Virus record (IMG/VR): IMGVR_UViG_3300020045_009368
Coordinates: 1-64,000 of that record
Origin: a virus
Direction: 5' to 3' (one strand)
DNA length: 64,000 nucleotides
This document shows, one piece after another, positions 44,038-52,753 of the stretch (within the stretch, counting starts at the first letter, position 1; every line of letters begins with the position of its first letter). Made by a program: the position numbers and the translations under genes. The notes under the pieces were generated by a model. It was not told the DNA's origin, did no database searches, and worked only from the letters and a program-made list of their open reading frames with translations.

Positions 44038-44301
44038 TTAATCTACTAATGTTGTTAAATTTAAATATTCTAAATTATTGTATTTTAATAATTTTTTATA
44101 TTTAGTATAAATATTTTTATCAAAATCTAATATAAAAACAAATGATTTTACTTTTACATTTTTAATAGTTTTATCATACCATATAATTTGATATGTATCT
44201 TTATTATCACTTTTTAAACAACCTGTAAAATATATTCTTTTTTTATTTTTCATATTATTCAAAATTAAGACCTCCTTCAAACATACCCATTTCACGAGCA
44301 C
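44038..44301 (-). CDS. Hypothetical protein (true start probably MKNKK at ~44253)
   Basis: Short basic ORF. Confidence 0.35.
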   Translation of the reverse strand: MLVKWVCLKEVLILNNMKNKKRIYFTGCLKSDNKDTYQIIWYDKTIKNVKVKSFVFILDFDKNIYTKYKKLLKYNNLEYLNLTTLVD

Positions 44302-44818
44302 CTTTCATACGTCCTTCTGTTTCTACTTTTTCTTTAATTAATTCTTTTTCTGCAGCTTTTAAATCTTGCATTACCGTTTTAATTTTACTAATACCTGTTA
44401 CAATTCCAGCTAAAGGATTTACAGGTTTACCATTATTATCTCTTTCAGCTAATAATGCGTCTGTATGTGTTAAATATTCAGATATATCATTAGCCGCTTT
44501 TAAAGCGTTTTTATATAGTTTACCTATTACAGTTAAACTTCTTTTTTCATAGAACTCAATTGCTTCTTGTATAACTGAATCTATTTTCCAACTATCATCT
44601 AAACCAATATCTCTTTTAATTTCAATAACTCTTTCTTTATTTTCCATAATTAAATAATCAGATTTAATATCTGCATAATAATATATGAATAACATTTCTT
44701 TAAATGCTTGTTCTTTAGTTCTAGATTTATCTCTTTTAAGAATTGCTCGAAAAGGTAATAATCCCCAAAGATTATCTTCAACACTTAAATTACCTTCATG
44801 TAATATAAATCCATTCAT
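44255..44818 (-). CDS. Conserved crAss protein upstream of TerL (possible small terminase)
   Basis: RDKSRTKEQAFKEMLFIYY motif, helical; context. Confidence 0.45.
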   Translation of the reverse strand: MNGFILHEGNLSVEDNLWGLLPFRAILKRDKSRTKEQAFKEMLFIYYYADIKSDYLIMENKERVIEIKRDIGLDDSWKIDSVIQEAIEFYEKRSLTVIGKLYKNALKAANDISEYLTHTDALLAERDNNGKPVNPLAGIVTGISKIKTVMQDLKAAEKELIKEKVETEGRMKGAREMGMFEGGLNFE

Positions 44819-45519
44819 AATATATAATATTTAAAAGTTGTTTTATTTTTAATTTTATCAGTTAAAACTTTTTTAAACCAATCATATTTAAAATTATTAT
44901 CTTCTGCACATTTTTTTATTGAATCCCAAATTTCTTTAGTTTCTGTATTTATTACAAATCTTCCTTTTTTATTTAAACCTGTTCTAATTAAACTAAATTT
45001 TATTTTTTGTTCTTCTGTTCTTTTTTTACCTTTATTAGCTAATCCAATTTTTATTTTAGTTTCTTCTGAAATTTCAATATTAAGTAAGGATTTTTTAATA
45101 TTTTCACAATGTTTTTTACTTCGTTTCATACCTGTGTGAGATTTGGACATTTTTTTCTTAGTTTCTTCAGTATGTTTGTTTCCTGTATTTATAATTCTTA
45201 ATTTTTCTTTAGTTTGTTCTGAAAGTATTTTTGGAGTATGTTCAGTTTCTGTTAAAACACAATTTAAACCTATTTCAATAACATTATAAAATTCCTGATA
45301 ATATCTCTCTCTATTATTGAGTTCTTTAAACTCACATTCTTCTATAATTTCAAAAATATGATTTTCTGGTAAATATTTATTTAAAGATCTAAATAATTTT
45401 GTTTGTTGTTTACAAGCTAATCTTTTATATTTTTGCCAACGTTTATGTATATTACAACTTTGCCCAACATAGATTTTTCCAGTTGGGCTAGTTATTTTAT
45501 AAATTCCTACAATCTTCAT
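44815..45519 (-). CDS. GIY-YIG homing endonuclease with NUMOD3 repeats
   Basis: GIYKITSPTGKIYVGQS and HTEETKKKMS repeats. Confidence 0.85.
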   Translation of the reverse strand: MKIVGIYKITSPTGKIYVGQSCNIHKRWQKYKRLACKQQTKLFRSLNKYLPENHIFEIIEECEFKELNNRERYYQEFYNVIEIGLNCVLTETEHTPKILSEQTKEKLRIINTGNKHTEETKKKMSKSHTGMKRSKKHCENIKKSLLNIEISEETKIKIGLANKGKKRTEEQKIKFSLIRTGLNKKGRFVINTETKEIWDSIKKCAEDNNFKYDWFKKVLTDKIKNKTTFKYYIL

Positions 45520-45902
45520 TACGATTTTTTAGCTTTATAATATTTTCTTTTAGGTTTTTCAATAACTTCTTGAACAGTTTCAACAACTATTTCATTTTTA
45601 GAAATTGAGTTTTTTAAATCTAAATGATCTTGTTTTTCTTTATTTAATTTATTAACTAAAATATTATGAATTTTCATTGTTTCTGAAGAAAATTTCTTTT
45701 CTTTATTTAATTCATCTTCTAATTTTAAACTTTTAGTTTCTACAACACCTTTTTCATATTTTTGATATAATCCATAGATTAATCCTAATAGAGCTGTTGC
45801 TCCTGTTCCTAATTGTTCAAAAGTAAGTAACTTAAAAGCCCATGCTGTTCCTAATCCTACTACCACTAAAAGTGATGCTATTTGTGAGTATAATTTATTC
45901 AT
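45519..45902 (-). CDS. Two-TM membrane protein (holin-like)
   Basis: Two N-terminal hydrophobic helices and a basic C-terminus. Confidence 0.45.
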   Translation of the reverse strand: MNKLYSQIASLLVVVGLGTAWAFKLLTFEQLGTGATALLGLIYGLYQKYEKGVVETKSLKLEDELNKEKKFSSETMKIHNILVNKLNKEKQDHLDLKNSISKNEIVVETVQEVIEKPKRKYYKAKKS

Positions 45903-46281
45903 TTGTTTGTAAAGGTTGATTGTTAATAAATACTGTTTTAACTAAACTATCATTAATGATAGCATATGTAACACCATCATAATGAATTGGTGATAATTTA
46001 ACTGTTGAAATAGTTTCATGTGTATTGTTTGGATTTGGAATATATTCCATCATCTTTTCAATATCAATTCTAACTTTAGTTCCAGGATTGATTCCTTTTA
46101 CATAAGGACCTACTGCAACTACATATTGAGTTTCTGACATTACATTATCTGAATATACAAACTCTCCATCTTCTTGTTCTGTATTAAGAGTAATAATTAA
46201 TTTACTCGTTGTTGGTTGTTCTGGGAATGTCAATGCTATCTCCATTACTTCCGCTTGACTCAAATTCTTCTTTTCTTCCAT
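45895..46281 (-). CDS. GroES-like co-chaperonin
   Basis: VVAVGPYVKGINPGTKV and DGVTYAII motifs match the GroES beta-barrel pattern; near groEL. Confidence 0.6.
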   Translation of the reverse strand: MEEKKNLSQAEVMEIALTFPEQPTTSKLIITLNTEQEDGEFVYSDNVMSETQYVVAVGPYVKGINPGTKVRIDIEKMMEYIPNPNNTHETISTVKLSPIHYDGVTYAIINDSLVKTVFINNQPLQTNE

Positions 46282-46564
46282 GTTTACTTTCTTTTAAAGC
46301 TTTTAAATAATTTATTCTACTTTCATGTCCTCTTACTATTTGACTATTAGTATATATTTTACCAATATATTTTAAATAAAAGGTTGTTTTTAATTTATCT
46401 ATTTCTTCATCAGATAAATTGTCTAATTGTAATTTTCTTATTTCCTGATATATAAATCTAAATTGTGATTCAACAATATCTTTAACTTGATTATCTGTTA
46501 AATTATTATTTAAACCTACTGTATGTATAATATCTTTAATTTTCTTTTCATCTATTTTATTCAT
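46202..46564 (-). CDS. HU/IHF-like DNA-binding protein
   Basis: Helix-helix N-terminus (VKDIVESQF) and FYLKYIGKIY strand. Confidence 0.5.
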   Translation of the reverse strand: MNKIDEKKIKDIIHTVGLNNNLTDNQVKDIVESQFRFIYQEIRKLQLDNLSDEEIDKLKTTFYLKYIGKIYTNSQIVRGHESRINYLKALKESKHGRKEEFESSGSNGDSIDIPRTTNNE

Positions 46565-46946
46565 TATAAATTAAATTAAAATTAAATGTTAATACAAAGT
46601 TTTTAGGATTGTCTACTATATCAGGAATATAATTTTTAGATATTTGTTTATCTATAATAACTTTCTTTTTTCTTAATGAAGTTAATATATTTTGTAAACC
46701 ACTATCTACTATCTCTAATTCATCAAGAATTAATTGTTTAGTATCATAATCAAATACTTCTTTCCATAGAACTTTATTATTAGTTATTTCTTTTGATAAT
46801 TTATAATGATAATATAAAAATAAAGCTAATACTTTTTGTTCTTGATTTGTTAGATTATGAAAAGGTTTTAGAAATTCAATATATCTAAAAAAGAAATTCT
46901 TGATTTTAACATTTAGATTAGCTTGTTTTATATTACTCACTTTCAT
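46557..46946 (-). CDS. Winged-helix DNA-binding protein (candidate late regulator)
   Basis: LTNQEQKVL...LQNILTSLRKKKVI HTH-like pattern. Confidence 0.5.
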   Translation of the reverse strand: MKVSNIKQANLNVKIKNFFFRYIEFLKPFHNLTNQEQKVLALFLYYHYKLSKEITNNKVLWKEVFDYDTKQLILDELEIVDSGLQNILTSLRKKKVIIDKQISKNYIPDIVDNPKNFVLTFNFNLIYNE

Positions 46947-47101
46947 TTTGTTTTATAGTTCCTTCTCTTACTATTTTAACTTTAGAATTTAATACATGTT
47001 GTATTTCTCCTAATTTTAATTTATATGAATTACATTCATTTATTTTTTCTTGCATCTCTATCATTAAAGCTTCAAGTAAAAGTTTATATTGTTCTAATTC
47101 A

Positions 47102-47764
47102 TTATTCATTTTCTAAATAGTTTATAATATCTGTTAATATAGGATTTCTATGATTAGCTGTTAAAGTTTTAAATCCTACTAAATTACTTTGCTCTAATTT
47201 TATTATAGAATGAATACAACTGTTTTTACCAATTGCTTTATCTATCTGTTGTAATGATCCGCAAAAGATCATTTTACTATCTTTACCTAATCTAGTTAAT
47301 ATAGTTCTAAAATCAATATAATCCATATCTTGAAATTCATCTACAATAACAACTGATTTCATAAAAGACACACCTTTTGCAACTTCAATTGGCATAATCT
47401 TAATTAAACCTTCTTTAAGCATTTTATCAGTTTGTTCTTTACCTTGACATACTTCTAAGTTTTGAACTAAAGGAAATGTATAAGGTGCCATCTTCTCTTC
47501 TAATGTTCCAGGTAAAGCTGCTAAACTATTTTTTAGCATTGGTCTAGTAATCCAAATATTATCTACTTGTTTCTTTCTAAATGCTTTTAAAGCAGTATGA
47601 ACTGCAGCAAGTGATTTACCTGAACCAAAATCTCCTAATAGAAAATTTACATCATATTGATAAAACAATTCTACAAATTCTTTTTGTTCTTCATTTAAAT
47701 CAACTAATAACTTAGGTTCTGTTTTAAGTTGTCTTTTTTCTGTATTAGGAATCTTTTCTCTCAT
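47102..47764 (-). CDS. phoH: PhoH-family ATPase
   Basis: GDFGSGKS, LPGTLEEKMAP, VIVDEFQD, LTRLG and HRNP motifs. Confidence 0.88.
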   Translation of the reverse strand: MREKIPNTEKRQLKTEPKLLVDLNEEQKEFVELFYQYDVNFLLGDFGSGKSLAAVHTALKAFRKKQVDNIWITRPMLKNSLAALPGTLEEKMAPYTFPLVQNLEVCQGKEQTDKMLKEGLIKIMPIEVAKGVSFMKSVVIVDEFQDMDYIDFRTILTRLGKDSKMIFCGSLQQIDKAIGKNSCIHSIIKLEQSNLVGFKTLTANHRNPILTDIINYLENE

Positions 47765-48062
47765 TTACGAAATCATTGTATTTATAAATATTTTCAAATT
47801 CTGCAATCTCATTAACGCTACCACATCTCATACATATATTGTTTACATCTTCATCTGTAACAATATGTAAACTTTTACAATACTTACAAGCTACAACTGG
47901 TTCTTTGTCATAATCTGTTTTGTTATCTTCTTCCATTTCTTTAATTAATTTTTTAATATCTTCCACCCATGAACTATCATATGCTGGGAAAGGTCCTAGT
48001 TTATTATAATAACTCACATGCTTATATAATACTTTAAGATGTTTGAGTCTTTCTTTTTTCAT
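47745..48062 (-). CDS. Zinc-ribbon protein
   Basis: CKYC...CMRC. Confidence 0.6.
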   Translation of the reverse strand: MKKERLKHLKVLYKHVSYYNKLGPFPAYDSSWVEDIKKLIKEMEEDNKTDYDKEPVVACKYCKSLHIVTDEDVNNICMRCGSVNEIAEFENIYKYNDFVNERKDS

Positions 48063-48240
48063 TATTATTTATTGTTAATTCTATAATCCATCCTTCTACT
48101 TCATCTAAAGCATTAATTAATACTTTATAATTATAATTAGGATACTTATCTTGAAATGTTTGCATTTTATCTCTAAATTGATCCATTTGATCTAATGCTG
48201 TTTTTAGATCTTTTTCTTTTATTAAATATGTGTTATTCAA
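48034..48240 (-). CDS. Hypothetical protein
   Basis: ORF in a tightly packed operon. Confidence 0.5.
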   Translation of the reverse strand: MNNTYLIKEKDLKTALDQMDQFRDKMQTFQDKYPNYNYKVLINALDEVEGWIIELTINNNEKRKTQTS

Positions 48241-48703
48241 TTTGTAATTGTTTTAATAGTTTTTTAAATTCTGATTTATTTTTAATTATTCCCTTAAATA
48301 AATCATATTCTCTACCTGAATTAGTTTTTTGATAAATCCACATTTCTTTATTATCTAATCCATATAATATAATTATTTTATAATCATCACCTACTGAAGG
48401 TCCTCCTATATAAGTTTTACTTTCTAAACTTAACTCTATATCTTCATTATCTTTAGTAATTTTAAATCCTAAACTTTCAATATCTTCTCGATCTAAGTAT
48501 TTAACTTTAATTGAATCACCATGATTTTTGAAAGAAGGAATTAAATCTACACAATCATAATGGTAAATTTCATCTTTATCATAAAATTCAAAAGTTTCTT
48601 TAATCCATTTTTCTTCTGTATAAGCAGAACTATACCAAACTTCATATTCAAATCCTTGATGGAATTCTTCTATTTCTGGTGTATAATATTTATTTAATTC
48701 CAT
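48233..48703 (-). CDS. Hypothetical protein
   Basis: 156 aa ORF. Confidence 0.55.
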   Translation of the reverse strand: MELNKYYTPEIEEFHQGFEYEVWYSSAYTEEKWIKETFEFYDKDEIYHYDCVDLIPSFKNHGDSIKVKYLDREDIESLGFKITKDNEDIELSLESKTYIGGPSVGDDYKIIILYGLDNKEMWIYQKTNSGREYDLFKGIIKNKSEFKKLLKQLQIE

Positions 48704-48974
48704 TATTTTCTTTATATTTATTCCAATCTACTTTACTCATTAAATCAGGAAATCTTTCAGGATTACATGATTGTTGTACTGAAGTTTTACCTTTAAAATC
48801 ACATCCGCATTTAATACATTTGTTTTGAACTGCACAATCATTTTTACATAGTAATCTACGATATGCTATTTGTTCTCTTATATGTTCTGGTTGTAACTTT
48901 AATTCTTCTAATATTCTTTGACCATTACCTTCTAAATAAGAACTAATATTATGTAATGTTATCTTTTGTTTCAT
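48690..48974 (-). CDS. Cys-rich hypothetical protein
   Basis: CKNDC...CIKCGC...C motif. Confidence 0.55.
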   Translation of the reverse strand: MKQKITLHNISSYLEGNGQRILEELKLQPEHIREQIAYRRLLCKNDCAVQNKCIKCGCDFKGKTSVQQSCNPERFPDLMSKVDWNKYKENNGIK

Positions 48975-49188
48975 TTAATTGTCTTTCTAATTTACCTAAT
49001 TCAAAAATTAAATCTTGTTCTGTATATTCAGTTAATGCTGTATAATTATCATTAGATTCATTTTCATCTACAAACCAATAAGGAATATTGTAATATTTTT
49101 TACCATTATGTATTGAAACAACATTATAATTTTTAATAAAATCTAATATTTCTTTTGTAACAGCTATTTTATGTGGAACTATTTTCAT
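48949..49188 (-). CDS. Hypothetical protein
   Basis: 79 aa ORF. Confidence 0.5.
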   Translation of the reverse strand: MKIVPHKIAVTKEILDFIKNYNVVSIHNGKKYYNIPYWFVDENESNDNYTALTEYTEQDLIFELGKLERQLNETKDNIT

Positions 49189-49423
49189 TATGTAACTTAC
49201 TTAATATTAATGTTTTTTCTAAACTATCTAATTCTCTACCTATTAATTCAGGTACAATAGAATCTATATTATCAGCTGTAACTTTATCTTCTAATGTATT
49301 TAGATATTCTGCTATTTTATCTATTTGTCTAACTCTAGTATAAAATTCTTTAACTTGTTTTTTAACTTTTAATTTGTCTTGAACTTTAACTTTTCTTAAA
49401 CCGTTTTTAGTATATGTTGCCAT
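49169..49423 (-). CDS. Hypothetical protein
   Basis: 84 aa ORF. Confidence 0.5.
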   Translation of the reverse strand: MATYTKNGLRKVKVQDKLKVKKQVKEFYTRVRQIDKIAEYLNTLEDKVTADNIDSIVPELIGRELDSLEKTLILSKLHNENSST

Positions 49424-49704
49424 TTTTATAACTTTGTTACTTTATATTTCTTTTCTAATTCTTTTATAAAATCTTCTACTGATAATGGCTGACCATATCT
49501 TTTAGTCATATTAAAAGTTAACCAATCCATATTCCAAACTCTAAATTCTTGTAATAATTCTTTCATTATAATCTTTCAAATTTTAAATACTGAGGATTTT
49601 CTTTTCCCCATTTAACTCTATATTGTTCTAATTCTTCATCTGACTTGTCAGGCATTACTTTTTTCCAATATTCTATATTAATTGGATTGTTTTCTTTATT
49701 CATA

Positions 49705-49917
49705 TTAATAATATTTTTTATTGTTTGAATCTTTTACAAAATAACTTTCATAACACCATGAACTTTTTCTAACTTCTTTAGGTACATTTTGAATAAATAA
49801 TTCATGAGATTTAGTTTTAGCTTCTTCTAAAGAATTAAATTCAATACCTGTTTCTTCTTCTACATAAGGTGCTTCCATAACACCAAGTCCTGTTAATTTA
49901 ATTATTTTATACTTCAT
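49705..49917 (-). CDS. Hypothetical protein
   Basis: 70 aa ORF. Confidence 0.5.
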   Translation of the reverse strand: MKYKIIKLTGLGVMEAPYVEEETGIEFNSLEEAKTKSHELFIQNVPKEVRKSSWCYESYFVKDSNNKKYY

Positions 49918-50194
49918 GTATTTTATAATTTAATGTTCTAATCTCTTTAACTTTAGTTCCTTCAAAGTTAAATACTAAATGTGTTTTAATATAACCTGTT
50001 TTGTTTCTAACAAATATTTGAGCTACTGGATTATATCTATCATCTAAAAACAAACCAACATTTACATCATTAATTCTATTAGAATCTTTAGCATACTTTT
50101 TAGTATAATAATTTCTCAGTTTAAATACATATTCTGCATTAGTTACTAAATCATTTTCTATTTCTTTATATTTACTTTTTATATCTACGACCAT
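49907..50194 (-). CDS. Hypothetical protein
   Basis: 95 aa ORF. Confidence 0.5.
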   Translation of the reverse strand: MVVDIKSKYKEIENDLVTNAEYVFKLRNYYTKKYAKDSNRINDVNVGLFLDDRYNPVAQIFVRNKTGYIKTHLVFNFEGTKVKEIRTLNYKIHEV

Positions 50195-50366
50195 CTGGTT
50201 TATTATTTTTACTGTTAAATTCTTTTTCTGCTAATTTTTTATATTCTTCTAAAGTGTATATTTTATTATTAGACATATCTAATATTTCTATTTTATAAGA
50301 TTCACTTCCAGGTTTACTTGGTTGATTCCATTCATCATTAAAGTATTGTGTATTATCTTCTTTCAT
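50172..50366 (-). CDS. Hypothetical protein
   Basis: 64 aa ORF. Confidence 0.45.
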   Translation of the reverse strand: MKEDNTQYFNDEWNQPSKPGSESYKIEILDMSNNKIYTLEEYKKLAEKEFNSKNNKPDGRRYKK

Positions 50367-50902
50367 TAGTTTAATTTTAAACGTTCAAAATCTTTTCTAT
50401 ATAAGATAACATCATCACCTTCAATTATTCTTTTAATCTCTTTAGAATTAAGTCCTAATTCTTTATATTTAGCAACATATTTATTATTTTCTTCTTGTAG
50501 TTGTTCATATAATATTTGTGTATTAAATGTAGTTTTTCTAAACTGTCCTTCAACTGCTCTATCACCTAAATGAAATAATATTGCTTCTAAACATTCATCT
50601 AAAAATAAATTACCTTTATAATCAGTTAAAAGAAATGTTCCAGCAGAAGCAATCATATCAGTTAAATATACATTAATATCAGGATGATTATTTAGAAATT
50701 TAATTAGTATTTTCATTGCTGTCATTTCACCACCATGTGTAGAAAAATATAAATCTATTTGAGGACATCCGTGTAAATGATCAATTAAAGTTTGAACTGA
50801 TTCTTTACTAATATCACTTTCAAAATAATGAATATATCTTTGTGTTGGTACTGATGATTCTAATTCATCTAATAACGCATTTATTAAATCTTCTTTTTGC
50901 AT
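50366..50902 (-). CDS. ClpP/crotonase-like serine protease
   Basis: LYFSTHGGE (cf. INSPGG), IASAG catalytic Ser and ILFH catalytic His. Confidence 0.7.
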   Translation of the reverse strand: MQKEDLINALLDELESSVPTQRYIHYFESDISKESVQTLIDHLHGCPQIDLYFSTHGGEMTAMKILIKFLNNHPDINVYLTDMIASAGTFLLTDYKGNLFLDECLEAILFHLGDRAVEGQFRKTTFNTQILYEQLQEENNKYVAKYKELGLNSKEIKRIIEGDDVILYRKDFERLKLN

Positions 50903-50930
50903 ATATTTATCTTATATTTTAATTATAGTA

Positions 50931-50961
50931 CAAAGATAATACTTTTTTTTGACATATGCAA
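50931..50961 (-). promoter_or_regulatory. Bacteroidota sigma70-type promoter
   Basis: TTGC...TATCTTTG upstream of the ClpP-like gene. Confidence 0.7.
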
Positions 50962-51011
50962 GTTTTTTAGCAATTATTTTTAAAAAATATGTAAAATAAA
51001 TTTTAAAGCAT

Positions 51012-51046
51012 AAAAAAACCCACTAAATCCTAAGACTTAATGGGTT
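51012..51046 (-). terminator. Intrinsic terminator of the putative ncRNA
   Basis: AACCCATTAAGTC-TTAG-GATTTAGTGGGTTTTTTT. Confidence 0.75.
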
Positions 51047-51300
51047 GTGTCGTATAATTCTCATATACGAGAATATTTTATATAAGTTTCCTATAACTAA
51101 TAAAGTTATAATTTAGTTATTTAACTAATAGATATAGCGAGGTTTCCACGATTTCTAACTGAAATGTGTTACCCTTGGCTAGCCAGTGTTACAGAAGTTG
51201 TCATACCTCGCAAAACCCATCCTCTTAAAACTATACGTTGGTGCCGTGTCCACCATTAATTAAGACAACTGTATCCTAAACTAGTTGCTATTTTATTTTA
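51012..51300 (-). ncRNA. Putative ~290-nt structured ncRNA
   Basis: Own promoter and terminator, locally GC-rich, several helices (GCGAGGT/ACCTCGC, TGGTG/CACCA), no ORF over 25 codons. Confidence 0.6.
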
Positions 51301-51306
51301 ATACTA

Positions 51307-51384
51307 CAAAGATACAACATTTATTTGTAAAATCCTAATTTTTTAGTAATTATTTTCAATTATTTGGAGTTTACTAATAGCTTT
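51307..51384 (-). promoter_or_regulatory. Sigma70-type promoter with upstream AAAGCTATTA motif driving the ncRNA
   Basis: TTAGG...TATCTTTG; upstream motif at 51375-51384. Confidence 0.7.
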
Positions 51385-51387
51385 TTG

Positions 51388-51579
51388 TTAATATTCTAAT
51401 CTCATATTAGATTCTTTATCATACACAACCATTGTTTTTTTAGTTCCATTAACAAATCCAAACATTAAATCTTTAAATTTTGGTAATATAAGTTCTTGTT
51501 CACATTCTTTTGCAATAAAAGATTTTGAAAAATATATATCTTTAATATATTTAACATATTTTAATTTTTCTTTATTCAT
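51388..51579 (-). CDS. Hypothetical protein
   Basis: 63 aa ORF with its own promoter. Confidence 0.5.
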   Translation of the reverse strand: MNKEKLKYVKYIKDIYFSKSFIAKECEQELILPKFKDLMFGFVNGTKKTMVVYDKESNMRLEY

Positions 51580-51594
51580 AATATTTAATTTTTA

Positions 51595-51626
51595 CAAATA
51601 TACAACAAATAATTGACATTTCCAAA
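51595..51626 (-). promoter_or_regulatory. Bacteroidota sigma70-type promoter
   Basis: TTTGG...TATATTTG. Confidence 0.7.
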
Positions 51627-51803
51627 TTTTTTTTAATTTTTTTTTAAAATTTTTATTTGTGAGTGAATATGCTAAAATTTTATTTTTTTTAGAAAAAATT
51701 ATTATTCTCAAATGTGCTAACTAACCTAAACTTCACCCCACTCTTTTCAAGTTTTGGTAATATACCCCTATACATTATCTTATTAATCCTTAAATGTCTT
51801 ATT

Positions 51804-52174
51804 ATGACTAAATTCAAAGCTGTTCAAAATGAACAAACTGGCAAAACTGATTACAACTTTCCTGCGGAATTAAAATCTGTAGGAACTAAAGAGTTTGAAA
51901 ACTCTAATGGTACAAAGTATGTACTTGGTACTGTTGACTTCACGTACCCTAATGGTACACCTGCAAAAGCTGTCACAACTCAAATCTTTGCTAAATCATT
52001 AGCTCACGGTATGAAAGTTGGAGATTCTTTGTTATCAACTCTGTCTCGTGATGATAACAACACTATGTGGATTAGAACTTCACACTTACTGCTGGTAACA
52101 CTATTGACATTGATGCCTTTGGTAGCTTGTTTGATGAAGTTGCTGTTGAAGAAGAAGTTGAAGCAAATGCTTAA
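51804..52174 (+). CDS. Putative SSB/OB-fold protein with acidic tail; one frameshift near 52088
   Basis: MTKFKAV...RTSHL, then the -1 frame reads TAGNTIDIDAFGSLFDEVAVEEEVEANA* and ends just before a terminator. Confidence 0.55.
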
Positions 52175-52178
52175 TTAT

Positions 52179-52208
52179 AGGGAACCTTCGGGTTCCTTAT
52201 TTTTTTTA
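52179..52208 (+). terminator. Intrinsic terminator
   Basis: GGAACC-TTCG-GGTTCC followed by a T-tract. Confidence 0.85.
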
Positions 52209-52262
52209 TCCATAACTAACCTCACACTATAAGAGTCTTAACTCTCAATGTGTTCTAAATAT

Positions 52263-52753
52263 AATTCTCTTAAATAACATCTAACTTCATAAATGGTGTT
52301 TTAACTCAGATAGCTACGACTTGGCTACAGTTTGTTAAGGATTTTAAGAGAATTTAAATATAAATTTATACCTTATTATATATAGGTGTAAATAAAGTCA
52401 TAAATATTAAGAGTTTAAGTTGATTTTTTCCCTTAATACTTTAAAATTACATTATGAGTTTAAATTTAACTATATTCGTGATATTAATCCTGTCTATATT
52501 AAATTTAATGAATCTTTGAACACTTTCGAGTTAGTAAATCTTATAATGTAATTTAAATTATTAAACTCTATTTAATAGGTCATAAGCAACTATTAACTTG
52601 TAAGGTGCAACCTTGTAGAGTTTATTTTTTATTAAATTGATGATGTGAGAGAGTTATACTATTTTTCATTGATTACGTTTCTAGTGTAAATGTGGCTTTA
52701 TACCTAAACATTTGTTTACATCACTGTCACAAATCTCTCACATCATCAATTTA
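52263..52753 (+). ncRNA. Cluster of four stem-closed structured elements (52263-52354, 52444-52554, 52562-52624, 52633-52753)
   Basis: Perfect terminal inverted repeats of 12, 12, 9 and 20 bp enclosing internal hairpins. Confidence 0.55.

Noticed and set aside
51012-51300. Retron msr-msd, DGR or tmRNA identity for the structured RNA
   Set aside because: No reverse transcriptase in the window, no template/variable repeat pair, and no tRNA-like ends with a tag ORF.
51714-52232. 172-aa ORF as given in the track
   Set aside because: The start is upstream of the probable ATG at 51804 and the tail crosses a terminator; it is better explained by a frameshift.
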